Of a DNA stretch of 54,057 nt, positions 28,675-38,076 are shown one piece after another (within the stretch, counting starts at the first letter, position 1; each line of letters starts with the position of its first letter). The notes beneath the pieces are model-generated. The model ran no database searches and had not been told where the DNA came from. It saw nothing but the letters and a program-made list of their open reading frames with translations. The position numbers and the translations under genes are program-made. This stretch comes from a virus. Taxonomy: Duplodnaviria; Caudoviricetes. The stretch spans positions 1 through 54,057 of IMG/VR virus record IMGVR_UViG_3300048930_000256. One strand, 5' to 3'.

Positions 28675-28875
28675 ATGGAAGACCTATGTATCAACTGCGA
28701 GCGACCGGAAGAAGAGTGCGATGACGAGTATGTTTGTCTGGAAACACAGGCGTACATATCCCTCATGGACGTTTTGAAAAAACATGTTCCACAAGAGGCT
28801 ATGTCAGAGGTTGATATGGCTTTAGCAAGTTGGGGCGAAGCCGTACAGGAGCTAGGGCACTTCAATGGCTTATAG
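28675..28875 (+). CDS. hypothetical protein
   Basis: GGAG RBS. Confidence 0.6.
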   Translation: MEDLCINCERPEEECDDEYVCLETQAYISLMDVLKKHVPQEAMSEVDMALASWGEAVQELGHFNGL

Positions 28876-28900
28876 CTCGACTTACCAAAAAGGATAAATC

Positions 28901-29311
28901 ATGAACATCGACTACCAAGTAAAATACAAAGACGCTATACGAGAAGCCAAGCTGCTCCTATCTGACAACGGTGAGAACCCAGAGTATGACAGAGGTGTGG
29001 TGGAGATTATTGCCTACCTGTTCGATTTGGGCGATGAGCCAACCACGCAGGTGTGCGCAGATTTGGGGCTATCTTATCCAGAATATATCCCCTCGCTTGT
29101 TGAAACGGTTGAGGTTGCTGCTTCAAGAGTACACCAAGAGATAGAAATATACTCAGCAAACGAGCTGGTATCAGGAACGCCCATAGCTTGCGAGCTTATG
29201 AATATGGCGAGCGAATGGGCTGACATGTACCCAAACGCAAAGCAGGCGTATGCGGTAGTAAATAGGTATCGACGAGAGCTGGCTGAGTTGGCAGAAAAGA
29301 GCAGAGTATGA
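28901..29311 (+). CDS. hypothetical protein
   Basis: AAGGA RBS; NPEYDRG motif. Confidence 0.7.
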   Translation: MNIDYQVKYKDAIREAKLLLSDNGENPEYDRGVVEIIAYLFDLGDEPTTQVCADLGLSYPEYIPSLVETVEVAASRVHQEIEIYSANELVSGTPIACELMNMASEWADMYPNAKQAYAVVNRYRRELAELAEKSRV

Positions 29312-29661
29312 ATATCGAAGAGCTACATGAAGAGATAAGCAACTCGAAGCCTATTGGCTGCTGGCTAACAGGTGCAGACTATGAAGCAGAAACCATAGAC
29401 ATGTTCGCAAGAATGAGAGATGGAAGAAAGATAGTTGCAAGATTCAACCGCAAGCAATCTTTCGTAAGCCTCTACGTCGAAGAGATGGGACAGCTACAGC
29501 ATAAGGAGTGGTACAAAACACCAGCAGAAATTATGCTATCACTGTTCGGGTACTTCAATGCCCTGCCCATAGATGTAGACGAGTTCGATGGTGATGAACG
29601 CTTCGATGCAATGGAAGACTACATTGAAGAGGCATACAAGAAAGTAGGTATCAGGAAATGA
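29308..29661 (+). CDS. hypothetical protein
   Basis: ATGA overlaps on both sides. Confidence 0.7.
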   Translation: MNIEELHEEISNSKPIGCWLTGADYEAETIDMFARMRDGRKIVARFNRKQSFVSLYVEEMGQLQHKEWYKTPAEIMLSLFGYFNALPIDVDEFDGDERFDAMEDYIEEAYKKVGIRK

Positions 29662-30119
29662 AATACAAGAGCGATGTACGCAAAAAAGAATACAGGGATA
29701 CAAAAAACTATCGACTGGTACAAGTAAGTTATGGTCTTAGGTATATCAAGGGGAACCAACTACCGTACTTCTTCGCTGTGGGTAGCGCGTGGGAGTATGG
29801 GAATCTCTCAGCCAGTCCGAATGTTGCCGGCTATTTGTCTGACCTACGTGAGATTGATGATGAGCTGAAGCCATTCGTACAGCTACATCTCAGTGACACA
29901 GATGGAGTTCCGATACACGCCATAGATAATGGTTGGTACTGGTATCACGGTGGAAAATTAGAAACCTGTGCAGACGCTCTAAGAGTGAAGTTATCAGACC
30001 TGCCTACTGGTATGGAAAGCAAAAAAGAATTCTCAGAATTCGTAGACACCCTACGACCTACATGGAAGGAGCTGGCTACCGAAACAATCCTCAAGCATGA
30101 CCTCAAATACACAGAATAA
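29658..30119 (+). CDS. conserved hypothetical phage protein (LHLSD..G.P.HA..NG.Y motif)
   Basis: 153 aa; ATGA overlap. Confidence 0.7.
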   Translation: MKYKSDVRKKEYRDTKNYRLVQVSYGLRYIKGNQLPYFFAVGSAWEYGNLSASPNVAGYLSDLREIDDELKPFVQLHLSDTDGVPIHAIDNGWYWYHGGKLETCADALRVKLSDLPTGMESKKEFSEFVDTLRPTWKELATETILKHDLKYTE

Positions 30120-30143
30120 CAATCAACTGAAAGGAGTTATGAC

Positions 30144-30713
30144 ATGGGCTGGACAAGCGCATATAAACCAGAGCGGCTAACCGCAAAGCAATTTATTAGT
30201 GAGGAGCTAAACGCAAACGGCTACGAAGTAGTAGCTGCATCATCTAAGGGAAGCACAGTGTACGCTGCCGTGCGTCACCCTGAAGGATACGTATTCGGCG
30301 TAGTCACAATAACATCTACTCGAAAGATTGATGGGTTCAACTTCTCATGGAAGATGATGGACGAATCTGAAGGGCCGAACGAATCTGAGATGCCGAAGAG
30401 TGTATTCGACAAACTCACACCGCTAGACGAGATGCCAACAGCTTCTGAGTATGCTGCTGAGTGGAGGGAAAGGGTGAAGGTGAACCTGTCAAAACCCAAA
30501 GTATCGCTGGCTGTCGGAGATACGGTGCTTGTATCAGAAGGTATCAGGATAACTAATGGCGATACGGTTTACAGCTTCACGTTTCTAGGAGGCTACGAAG
30601 CTGAAATAGAAACACGCGGAGAGCGGCTTCGTCTGCGGCTACCAAAAAGCTGGAAGCGAATGTTCAACTACACCGTAGTACCGCAAGGGCAACAGTCCAA
30701 TGCTGCGGGATAG
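30144..30713 (+). CDS. DUF6927-like protein
   Basis: MGW...YAAV...K.MDE..GP....P..V...L....A..WR pattern; AAGGAG RBS. Confidence 0.7.
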   Translation: MGWTSAYKPERLTAKQFISEELNANGYEVVAASSKGSTVYAAVRHPEGYVFGVVTITSTRKIDGFNFSWKMMDESEGPNESEMPKSVFDKLTPLDEMPTASEYAAEWRERVKVNLSKPKVSLAVGDTVLVSEGIRITNGDTVYSFTFLGGYEAEIETRGERLRLRLPKSWKRMFNYTVVPQGQQSNAAG

Positions 30714-30856
30714 AACCTACCAAGCCTACATAATAGGGCTAATCATTGGTTATGCGATAGGCAAGCTCTAACAAACATCGACGGATAACGAAGAGCAAAT
30801 CCCCATCACAAACCTTAGCCAGCCCAAAGGTAGGAAGCGCATGACAGCTATTAATT

Positions 30857-30888
30857 TTCATTTGAAAGTATCATGATACTCAATGAAA
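30857..30888. promoter_or_regulatory. palindromic operator-like site AGTATCATGATACT
   Basis: Perfect 14-bp palindrome (30867-30880) inside a longer imperfect inverted repeat, in an intergenic gap; same core as the 23.4-kb array. Confidence 0.55.
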
Positions 30889-31158
30889 TATAACAGCAAG
30901 AAAATTACAAAAGTGTAAAGTTCGTCATATCTATAAATCATTATAGACAAGGACTTGCGCCGCACACATAGCTGGTATCTAGCCGTCGTCCACCTGCAAG
31001 ATATTGCTACCTTAGCTCGGTTCCGTATTCCACGGAAAGTGACCAACCTGAATCGCACTAGGCAACTATGGAGGGATATGAAGTAAGCAAGATAGCACAT
31101 GATAGAAATGCGAGTCAAATTACTGTATGCTACTTACAAATAACGGAAGGGAACCGTA

Positions 31159-31380
31159 ATGAATATCGAAGACCAAATGATAGACGAAGCTCTAGCCTCA
31201 CCAGAGTTCGCAGCGTACTCGGCAATCAAGGAAACCAAGAGGCTTGCGGAAATCTTATGGCACATAATGCCAGATTCTTCTGCTCACCAACGAGCGAAGT
31301 ATGCACTCATTCACCTACAATCTGCTGAGTATGAGATGGAGGCGGAGCTAGGCAAAGCAAAGACGCTGGCAGGTGATTGA
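31159..31380 (+). CDS. hypothetical protein
   Basis: AAGGG RBS; overlaps the next gene. Confidence 0.6.
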   Translation: MNIEDQMIDEALASPEFAAYSAIKETKRLAEILWHIMPDSSAHQRAKYALIHLQSAEYEMEAELGKAKTLAGD

Positions 31381-31630
31381 TATGCCAGACATCTATAGGC
31401 CATCAGTGCCTGTCGGCGAATGTACTACGCTGGTAGAAGCAAGCGAGAAGATGAAGTGCAGCTCAACAATGTTGATACAGCATAGGCGCAGAGGAACAGA
31501 AGGATTTCCAAATCCTGTAGCAAGGTTTGGTAGGTCTATCCTCTACGTTGAGTCAGAGCTTGAAGCTTTCTACAAGACTATGTGCTGGAGGCAGGCAGAC
31601 AAATCAATACAAGAGCTAATCGGGGGGTAG
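31373..31630 (+). CDS. AlpA/Xis-like winged-helix protein
   Basis: EASEKMKCS..L...GFPNPV..FGRSILY...EL..F pattern. Confidence 0.65.
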   Translation: MIDMPDIYRPSVPVGECTTLVEASEKMKCSSTMLIQHRRRGTEGFPNPVARFGRSILYVESELEAFYKTMCWRQADKSIQELIGG

Positions 31631-31679
31631 CTATGGAAATAATCGCTGTCATATTCGCAATACTAATCCTAATGGAGTT

Positions 31680-32558
31680 ATGATGTTCACAAATCAAGAC
31701 CTAGAATTCAATCCAAAATCACACAGGTATAAGGTCAAAGACTCTAAGCCTGCAATCTATGTTCCATCTGTGACTACCATCACAGGGCTGCTGGCAAAAA
31801 ACTTTCTAGTTGAGTGGGCTGCAAGGGAGTCTGCAACTGCGGCTGTGTTGGCTGCGATAGAACATGAAGGCGGCATCGAGGAATCGACCATCGATTCATT
31901 CATCAATGCTGGTAGACAGGCTCCAAGAGATATGCGAAAGCATGGGGCTGATGTTGGCACGATAGTTCACCAGCAGATACACATGATGATGCAGCCCGGG
32001 TGGATGCCAAAGCTAGAAGAGGTTCCAGAAGAGCTTCCAATAGAATCGGAGCTGGCGATGGAAGCGTTCGATACATGGCACTCTGAGTTTATGATTGCAG
32101 AAGGTATGGAGCCTGTTCTTGTAGAGCAGATAGTTGCTCACCCGAGCGGGCTGTACTGTGGGACATTCGACCTGCTCATGAGCAATGGTGAGAAGACTGT
32201 ACTTGTGGACTTCAAGACAAGTAATCAGTCTGAATCAAATCCACTTGCGATATACCCAGAATACTTCTTTCAGATTGCTGCATACTATAAGGCTGTCATG
32301 GACGGGAGGGTAATCGTAGGGGAAAATGTTGGAGTGATTGTAGACAAGATTGATGAGGCGCAGATAGTTGCGCTGGGCAAGAACGGCCAGCTTGGAACGA
32401 CCACTCTACAAAGAGATGAGCTTGAAGAATATAGTCAGTCATTCATGAAGGTTGCCGAGCTATATCCCACGTACAGAAAGATAGAGCGTGAGATACGAAG
32501 GCTCAACAAACAAGAGGCTACGCACAGAGCGGAGCTACTAGAAACCATAGGAGAATAA
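31680..32558 (+). CDS. PD-(D/E)XK (Cas4-like) recombination exonuclease
   Basis: H.Y..., PSVTTI, G..VH, E..., GTFD..VDFKTS and Q..AY motifs; adjacent to ERF. Confidence 0.85.
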   Translation: MMFTNQDLEFNPKSHRYKVKDSKPAIYVPSVTTITGLLAKNFLVEWAARESATAAVLAAIEHEGGIEESTIDSFINAGRQAPRDMRKHGADVGTIVHQQIHMMMQPGWMPKLEEVPEELPIESELAMEAFDTWHSEFMIAEGMEPVLVEQIVAHPSGLYCGTFDLLMSNGEKTVLVDFKTSNQSESNPLAIYPEYFFQIAAYYKAVMDGRVIVGENVGVIVDKIDEAQIVALGKNGQLGTTTLQRDELEEYSQSFMKVAELYPTYRKIEREIRRLNKQEATHRAELLETIGE

Positions 32559-32560
32559 CA

Positions 32561-33262
32561 ATGGCAGATAATGTCGATAGGCAAACAACAATGCACTTGG
32601 AACACTTCAGGCCTGCTGGAGATACCACTCCATATATTCAAATAGTTGGAGAGCCTGCTGACAGAGCTTCACTATTTATGAAGCTCGCTCAACTCAATAA
32701 GAGCTTGAAGAAAATCAAGCACACTGGGAACTTCGACGCTGGTAATACTAAGTATAGCTACGCAACTGAGTCAGATGTTATTGAGCCAATAGCAGCGGTG
32801 CTTGGAAAGGTTGGACTAGCAACTGTTCCAAATGTCGTTGAACAGTGGTGGCACGATATACCAAGTAAGTACAACATCAATAGGGTTTGCACGGTTCATG
32901 CGCAGCTTCTCATTGGTGACACTGATACTGGCGCATATATCGTAGCGCACACATACTCAACAGCAGCAAATGGGGACAAGGCTTCTAACGCTGCATTTAC
33001 CACGGCAATCAAGTACCTGCTTGCAAAACTAACATTGGTTGCTTTCGGAGATGATGCTGATGAATACAGCATTGATGGCAAGAAGGCGGCAGCCCCTCGC
33101 TCTGCAACAAAAGCCAAGCTCGACGCTCTACACAAGAAGGTAAAGGAAGCTGGAGCTGAAGATGCTGTGAAGAAGTACCTGAAAGACAACACTGTTTCTT
33201 GGAGCAAGATGACAGAGCAGCAGGTGCAGGACGTAGAAAAAATAATCGAACAAGGAAGCTGA
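32561..33262 (+). CDS. erf: ERF-family ssDNA-annealing recombinase
   Basis: YSYATESDV, DKA...AFT.A.KY.L and D.D motifs; follows the exonuclease. Confidence 0.8.
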   Translation: MADNVDRQTTMHLEHFRPAGDTTPYIQIVGEPADRASLFMKLAQLNKSLKKIKHTGNFDAGNTKYSYATESDVIEPIAAVLGKVGLATVPNVVEQWWHDIPSKYNINRVCTVHAQLLIGDTDTGAYIVAHTYSTAANGDKASNAAFTTAIKYLLAKLTLVAFGDDADEYSIDGKKAAAPRSATKAKLDALHKKVKEAGAEDAVKKYLKDNTVSWSKMTEQQVQDVEKIIEQGS

Positions 33263-33264
33263 CG

Positions 33265-33480
33265 GTGGCAGACAAGTACGCCCATAAGAAACCATACAAA
33301 GAGAAGGTGTTGCCAAACAAAAAGCTTAGGCAATGCTTTAGTGTATCCGGAGCATCAAAGGCGGCATACCCAAATATAACGGTAGCCAATGAGTACGCTG
33401 AGAAGTATGGTCTTAGGGCGTACTTGTGTCCCGTATGTAGAAAATATCATTTGACAAAGAAGGGAGTTAGTTGTGATTAG
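33265..33480 (+). CDS. small Zn-finger protein (Y.C..C..YHLT)
   Basis: GTG start after AAGGA; AYLCPVCRKYHLTK. Confidence 0.65.
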   Translation: MADKYAHKKPYKEKVLPNKKLRQCFSVSGASKAAYPNITVANEYAEKYGLRAYLCPVCRKYHLTKKGVSCD

Positions 33481-33856
33481 TGAGCGTGATGTTTGGGCGC
33501 ATGTTTATGCGTATGACACGATGAGCGATAGTAATGAGGACGAGTTTGATGCAGATGTGCAGCTTGCGCACGTTGATGACGAGGTATTCGGCGAGTGGTT
33601 TGAGCGCAAGGTTTTACTTGGCCATGTGAGCCGTGATGGGAAGATTTTTCATCCTGAGCTTGCGTGGTTTGTGCGCACGTACTTCCCGCTATCTACTATC
33701 CAGCTTGTTGGTGCCAATGTGCTTGTCTGTGACAGGTGTTTTAGTAGCGGTAGCCGCCCGAATGGTAGCGGCATTGTGAGCGATGTTGAGGTTGAGGATT
33801 GCGATGATTGCGACGGCACGGGCATTGTTGCCGTTAATGGAGGGGCAGCACGATGA
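33473..33856 (+). CDS. hypothetical protein with a DnaJ-type CxxCxGxG finger
   Basis: CDRCFSSG...CDDCDGTG; strongly G/T-biased sequence. Confidence 0.65.
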   Translation: MISERDVWAHVYAYDTMSDSNEDEFDADVQLAHVDDEVFGEWFERKVLLGHVSRDGKIFHPELAWFVRTYFPLSTIQLVGANVLVCDRCFSSGSRPNGSGIVSDVEVEDCDDCDGTGIVAVNGGAAR

Positions 33857-34437
33857 CACTGATTACTAGACAGCCAGACGATTTTCGGGTCGGCGATAGA
33901 GTGTACGACACTGAGCATAATACGATTCACCGTATAACATGGATTACTGATGATATGTGTGAGCTTGATGATTCTGGGGCTTCTACGCACAAGAAGCTAT
34001 TATTACGCGTTATTAAGCCGGGGGAGACTATCCCTAAAGGCGCAACTGTTCGCAGGATAACCGCCAGTGGATTAGCAGAACCGTTTGAAACAATGTACGA
34101 TACTACTCAGGTAGGCAGCGGCGGTATCCATGTTCTTGTTTCCCTCCCCGAACCAGAAGAAGAATTAGAAGATGTCAAGCAGGTGGCTGATGCGCCTATG
34201 CCGGCTAGTACAGGCACACAGTTAGCGGTTGATAGAAGTCCTGCTGGGGAACGGAACACCTGCGATTCCCCAGTGGGCACGGTTTCAAATGATGCGATTC
34301 TGCAAGCCGCCGCAACAATCTACGCGGGTACCGACACCTTTCTAGGTGCAGAAAAAATTACAGTATGGGCGGCGCGTACAGCTCGTGAATTAGCTGACCT
34401 AATCACACAGAAAGAAGGGATAGACCAATGGATTTAG
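33853..34437 (+). CDS. hypothetical protein
   Basis: GGAGG RBS; ATGA overlap. Confidence 0.65.
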   Translation: MTLITRQPDDFRVGDRVYDTEHNTIHRITWITDDMCELDDSGASTHKKLLLRVIKPGETIPKGATVRRITASGLAEPFETMYDTTQVGSGGIHVLVSLPEPEEELEDVKQVADAPMPASTGTQLAVDRSPAGERNTCDSPVGTVSNDAILQAAATIYAGTDTFLGAEKITVWAARTARELADLITQKEGIDQWI

Positions 34438-34604
34438 CAAAATATCTGGACGAACTCGCAAACCGCATAAACGACGATATGGATTACGTGCAAGATTCCT
34501 ATGCAGGGGAAAGTAGAGAACGGAGGTATGACACGCTGTGGTGTATTAAAAGTGTTATACAACACGCCTCCGAACTCGCAGCGAAGGTAGAGGCAGACGC
34601 ATGA
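34428..34604 (+). CDS. small hypothetical protein (58 aa, below the ORF-track cutoff)
   Basis: MDLAKYLDEL...; fills the gap and overlaps both neighbours. Confidence 0.55.
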   Translation: MDLAKYLDELANRINDDMDYVQDSYAGESRERRYDTLWCIKSVIQHASELAAKVEADA

Positions 34605-34879
34605 CAGCAATGATGCAGAACAAGACGCGCAAGCCGTGGGCACGAGGCGAGTTTGCGGAACGAATCTACTGCCAGTCGTGTGGCTGGCGAGGACGCGAGT
34701 GGTCAAAGCTGAACCCATGTATCTGCCCAGAGTGCGGCGCATGGCGTGGGCTTCCAGCAGGCGTGACCCGTGGAGACTGGGATACCGAGGTTAGTCGGTG
34801 GGAGTGGTTCCCGTTGCGCGGCATGGTATGGAGGCGTAGCGAACATGACAGGCACGTTGAGGTTGACGTATGGCCTTGA
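34601..34879 (+). CDS. small Zn-ribbon protein
   Basis: CQSCGW...CPECG. Confidence 0.6.
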   Translation: MTAMMQNKTRKPWARGEFAERIYCQSCGWRGREWSKLNPCICPECGAWRGLPAGVTRGDWDTEVSRWEWFPLRGMVWRRSEHDRHVEVDVWP

Positions 34880-35298
34880 TTCCTAAACAAGAACGCGACA
34901 AGATGCGGCCGGTCTACAGTATTGAAAACGAAGCTTATCGTGACGATTGCGATATTACTCGCATTTACTTGATTCAAGCACTCGATCATGCTGATGCGAT
35001 GGACGACCTACTCGCCGAGCGTGATGCTGAAATCAAAAGGCTTACTTTGCAGAACCATTGTTGCCGCCAGTTTAGCGACCTATCCGGCCTAACCGTGGAA
35101 GAAATCGAACGAGTAGGTTCGTGCGGGTGCGTACAAGCGAAGAGGTTGTTAGAGCGTATGGCGGACGCATTGAAAGCCACAATGAAGCACTTGCATCCAC
35201 ATGCAACAGGATCAACACCAGACGGGTTGGCTGATTTTGTGGAAGATTCGCTGGTTATCCTTGCGGAGTTTGACGCGATGAAACGAGGCAACCAATAA
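34870..35298 (+). CDS. hypothetical protein
   Basis: GAGG RBS; operon packing. Confidence 0.65.
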   Translation: MALIPKQERDKMRPVYSIENEAYRDDCDITRIYLIQALDHADAMDDLLAERDAEIKRLTLQNHCCRQFSDLSGLTVEEIERVGSCGCVQAKRLLERMADALKATMKHLHPHATGSTPDGLADFVEDSLVILAEFDAMKRGNQ

Positions 35299-35549
35299 TG
35301 GGATACGCACAATACACGCTAAGTGACGGACGAGAAGCTGGATACGCAGTACAGGCAACATGTGATGAGCCAAACTGTGACGCTAAAATAGATCGTGGTA
35401 TGGCGTACTGCTGCTTACCAGTAGGAGGAGGCGAGCACGGTTGCGGCCACTATTTCTGTTCAGACCATTTGACCTATAGCCTTGACGTTCCGAAAGGCGA
35501 AAGCCAATCATGCTTTGAGTGTGACAAGCTGAACGGAGGCGCGGAATGA
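35298..35549 (+). CDS. small Cys/His-rich phage protein (GY.V.ATCD...C...IDRG..Y.C type)
   Basis: Recognisable motif; TAATG overlap. Confidence 0.7.
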   Translation: MGYAQYTLSDGREAGYAVQATCDEPNCDAKIDRGMAYCCLPVGGGEHGCGHYFCSDHLTYSLDVPKGESQSCFECDKLNGGAE

Positions 35550-35767
35550 GTATTCATATCGAAATAAACATTGATTGCGACGGTTGGTTAACGGCAGGAC
35601 AAGAATGTGAAATGCGCGCCAAACACATACAAGAAGAAGATAACACCGCTTTCCCAATGGATGAAGGGTGGGTGACAATATCCGACGGCTCGCTCGATGA
35701 TTATTCAGTTCAGGGTGAACACTATTGTGGGCCATGCGCGAAACGACTAGGAGTATCGGAAAAATGA
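35546..35767 (+). CDS. small Zn-binding hypothetical protein
   Basis: CDG...C...GW...HYC..C; starts at a repeated junction. Confidence 0.6.
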   Translation: MSIHIEINIDCDGWLTAGQECEMRAKHIQEEDNTAFPMDEGWVTISDGSLDDYSVQGEHYCGPCAKRLGVSEK

Positions 35768-36021
35768 TGACCGTTCATGAACTAAAAATCCAGCCACAAT
35801 ACCTTAGAGCAATTCAGCGACACGAAAAACTATTCGAGGTACGCCTTAACGATAGAGGCTACCAAAAAGGCGATTACCTACACTTATGCGAGATAAGCGA
35901 AAAGAACGGCCTTCGCACAGGTCAATCAGAGTACGTCAAAGTCTTATATGTACACAGCGGGCTTGGTATGGCAGAGAATTATGTGTGTATGAGCATCGAA
36001 GTAATAAAGGACGCGGAATGA
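35764..36021 (+). CDS. DUF3850/ASCH-PUA-like protein
   Basis: HELKI.P.Y...K.FEVR.NDR.YQ.GD.L.L.E. Confidence 0.8.
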   Translation: MMTVHELKIQPQYLRAIQRHEKLFEVRLNDRGYQKGDYLHLCEISEKNGLRTGQSEYVKVLYVHSGLGMAENYVCMSIEVIKDAE

Positions 36022-36236
36022 ATACCGTCAATATGAAGCTAGAAGGTACAAGCTACACAGCTACCGCGTACCGTTGGGATGGTGGATCAGTGGACATAAA
36101 TATCAGTAAGGATGATGGTGGTTGGGGTGGGTGCGGGCACCCGGGCTATATCTCCTTGACGCGCAATGATTTGGTCCTGCTACTCGCAGCGGTCGATTAT
36201 GAGCTTGGTATTGCAATGAAACGAGGCGCGGAATGA
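36018..36236 (+). CDS. hypothetical protein
   Basis: Starts and ends at CGCGGAATGA junctions. Confidence 0.6.
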   Translation: MNTVNMKLEGTSYTATAYRWDGGSVDINISKDDGGWGGCGHPGYISLTRNDLVLLLAAVDYELGIAMKRGAE

Positions 36237-36406
36237 ATGAGTATTCCCCGCTAGAAATTCTCGAAGATTATAAGTACAGCATGGCCTATGGATGCAGGGA
36301 GATTCTTCGTGAAATGAATAAACAAAATTACGGAAAAGCGAAAGAAATGATTGAGCGACTGATATTTGATTATGGTAAAGAAGATGATGTGGGGTATCGC
36401 GGATGA
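36233..36406 (+). CDS. small hypothetical protein (57 aa)
   Basis: MNEYSPLEIL...YRG*; bounded by ATGA overlaps. Confidence 0.55.
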   Translation: MNEYSPLEILEDYKYSMAYGCREILREMNKQNYGKAKEMIERLIFDYGKEDDVGYRG

Positions 36407-36843
36407 CTATATTCAGACGCAAGAACAACAAGCAAAAACAGCTCGCGTCGAAGCATGTCGTGCAATCCGCAGAAGCAGGCTTCCCACAGGTATCAGGAGA
36501 GATTCGAGACGCGATTCGTGAGGATATTAAAAAGCTCAAGCGCGAACTAGCACAGGGCGGCTACTTCACAGGATTTAAGCCAATCATCATGCACGAGAAG
36601 GAATCTATTATGCGAAATTGCGGCTGCCAAAACCGTCACAGATGCAGTTATCATGAAGGGCACGTAGACGGTTATGCACAAGCGGAGAAAGACATCGCAA
36701 ACGCGATACGCACCGGCCGAATCGTTTCAAACATGCAACCCGCAACAGGTGACGATTGCGCTCATGGTGTGATCAGCTATCACGACTGCACTGAATGTAT
36801 CGCAGAGGGCATCGAACATGGCGAGCATCGGAGTAGCAAATGA
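36403..36843 (+). CDS. hypothetical Cys/His-containing protein
   Basis: 146 aa; ATGA overlaps. Confidence 0.6.
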   Translation: MTIFRRKNNKQKQLASKHVVQSAEAGFPQVSGEIRDAIREDIKKLKRELAQGGYFTGFKPIIMHEKESIMRNCGCQNRHRCSYHEGHVDGYAQAEKDIANAIRTGRIVSNMQPATGDDCAHGVISYHDCTECIAEGIEHGEHRSSK

Positions 36844-36986
36844 ATACACCCTGCCCAAACTGGGATGACGGCAGACACAACTGGCTTCAAGGTGGCAACG
36901 TATGGTGGAGAGCATGGCACAAACTAACGCCGTGGAAACGCTACCGAGTGTGTGTTAGCTGCGGATACAAGGAGTATACAAAGTGA
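36840..36986 (+). CDS. small C/H/CxxC protein (48 aa)
   Basis: MNTPCPNWDDGRHNW...CVSCG; overlaps both neighbours. Confidence 0.5.
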   Translation: MNTPCPNWDDGRHNWLQGGNVWWRAWHKLTPWKRYRVCVSCGYKEYTK

Positions 36987-37198
36987 GTATTCCTCGGCAA
37001 CATACATGCCATAAATGTGGTTGGTGCTACTACATCATGGAAGATTTGTCGCAGCCTGATTATATGCGCCGGATAGCACAATACGGTCTGCCGTTGTCGT
37101 GTGCGTGGTCGAATCTATGGCTAGGCATCGCGTACGCTTTAGGTATTCCGCGATTAGTGGATTGGTTGAGTAAGACCATACGAAAATGGAACACATGA
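36983..37198 (+). CDS. small hypothetical protein (CxxC, amphipathic C-terminus)
   Basis: AAGGAG RBS. Confidence 0.55.
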   Translation: MSIPRQHTCHKCGWCYYIMEDLSQPDYMRRIAQYGLPLSCAWSNLWLGIAYALGIPRLVDWLSKTIRKWNT

Positions 37199-37481
37199 GT
37201 GAATGGCTACTCGGACTTATGCTAGTACCACTACTCGGCTGGGTTCTATCATGCTGGGCAGAATCTAACAATCATACAGAACCAGATTAACAATCACATG
37301 AAAGTGAGCATGAAAGAGGCCATAACGCTCACTTTTGCGTAAGCCTTACTAGAAGGTTTGCAGAGTAAGGGTTAGTAAGAGCTAGACTTAGTGTTAAGCG
37401 GGTTAATAGCAATTGTATTTTCCATTAAACTGTATTTTCCAACACTAAGAAAAAGGATATTCATAGACAAGGAGAAGATGA

Positions 37482-37763
37482 ATGATGTACGATGACCCAA
37501 TTAAAGTTATAGAGGAAATGTTTAACAAGGAGAGCAATGAGTCGTACGAGGCTGGCCAAGAGAACACGGTCGATGATATATGCCGCTGGCTTGAAAAACA
37601 GTCTAGGTATTGGAATGGCCGGTCTATAAATGCGGAGAATGATATTAGTGATCGCAGGTTCTATGATCGTGCGATTTTTTGCAAAGACCTTGCCCATGAT
37701 ATACGGGCTGGCAAGTACAAGAATTGTTTCGGCGTAGTATTCAAGGCAGGAGAAGATGAATAA
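37482..37763 (+). CDS. hypothetical protein
   Basis: AAGGAG RBS. Confidence 0.6.
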   Translation: MMYDDPIKVIEEMFNKESNESYEAGQENTVDDICRWLEKQSRYWNGRSINAENDISDRRFYDRAIFCKDLAHDIRAGKYKNCFGVVFKAGEDE

Positions 37764-37885
37764 TGACTAGCCGCAAGATGCCGTTATTATGCAGGCTTGG
37801 TCTACACCGCTGGCTGTATGGTAGGAATATCCTGCGATATAGGACGTGTAGTCGTTGTGCGAGTAGGGAGATTTTGAACGGATGA
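37763..37885 (+). CDS. small DUF1660-like Zn-finger protein (40 aa)
   Basis: LLCRLGLHRW...RTCSRC. Confidence 0.5.
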   Translation: MTSRKMPLLCRLGLHRWLYGRNILRYRTCSRCASREILNG

Positions 37886-38076
37886 GCATGTACGGCGACA
37901 CACCCTGCGAGATATGCGGGGCACATACAGATTACTGCATCATTCAGTATGGTGCTACAGTTCATTGCGGGGTTCCTTGTACGAGGATTCGTGGTAATAA
38001 CGATGAGACTGTGAGAGAACTCAAAGCGGAGGCGGATATTATGTTGCAGATAAGGAGTGAAAATGAGCAGAAGTGA
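37882..38076 (+). CDS. small Cys-rich hypothetical protein
   Basis: CEICG...HC..PC. Confidence 0.55.
   Translation: MSMYGDTPCEICGAHTDYCIIQYGATVHCGVPCTRIRGNNDETVRELKAEADIMLQIRSENEQK

Noticed and set aside
31680-32558. Cas4 as part of a CRISPR-Cas system
   Set aside because: No four-Cys Fe-S cluster pattern and no other cas genes; paired with ERF, as in ordinary phage recombination modules.
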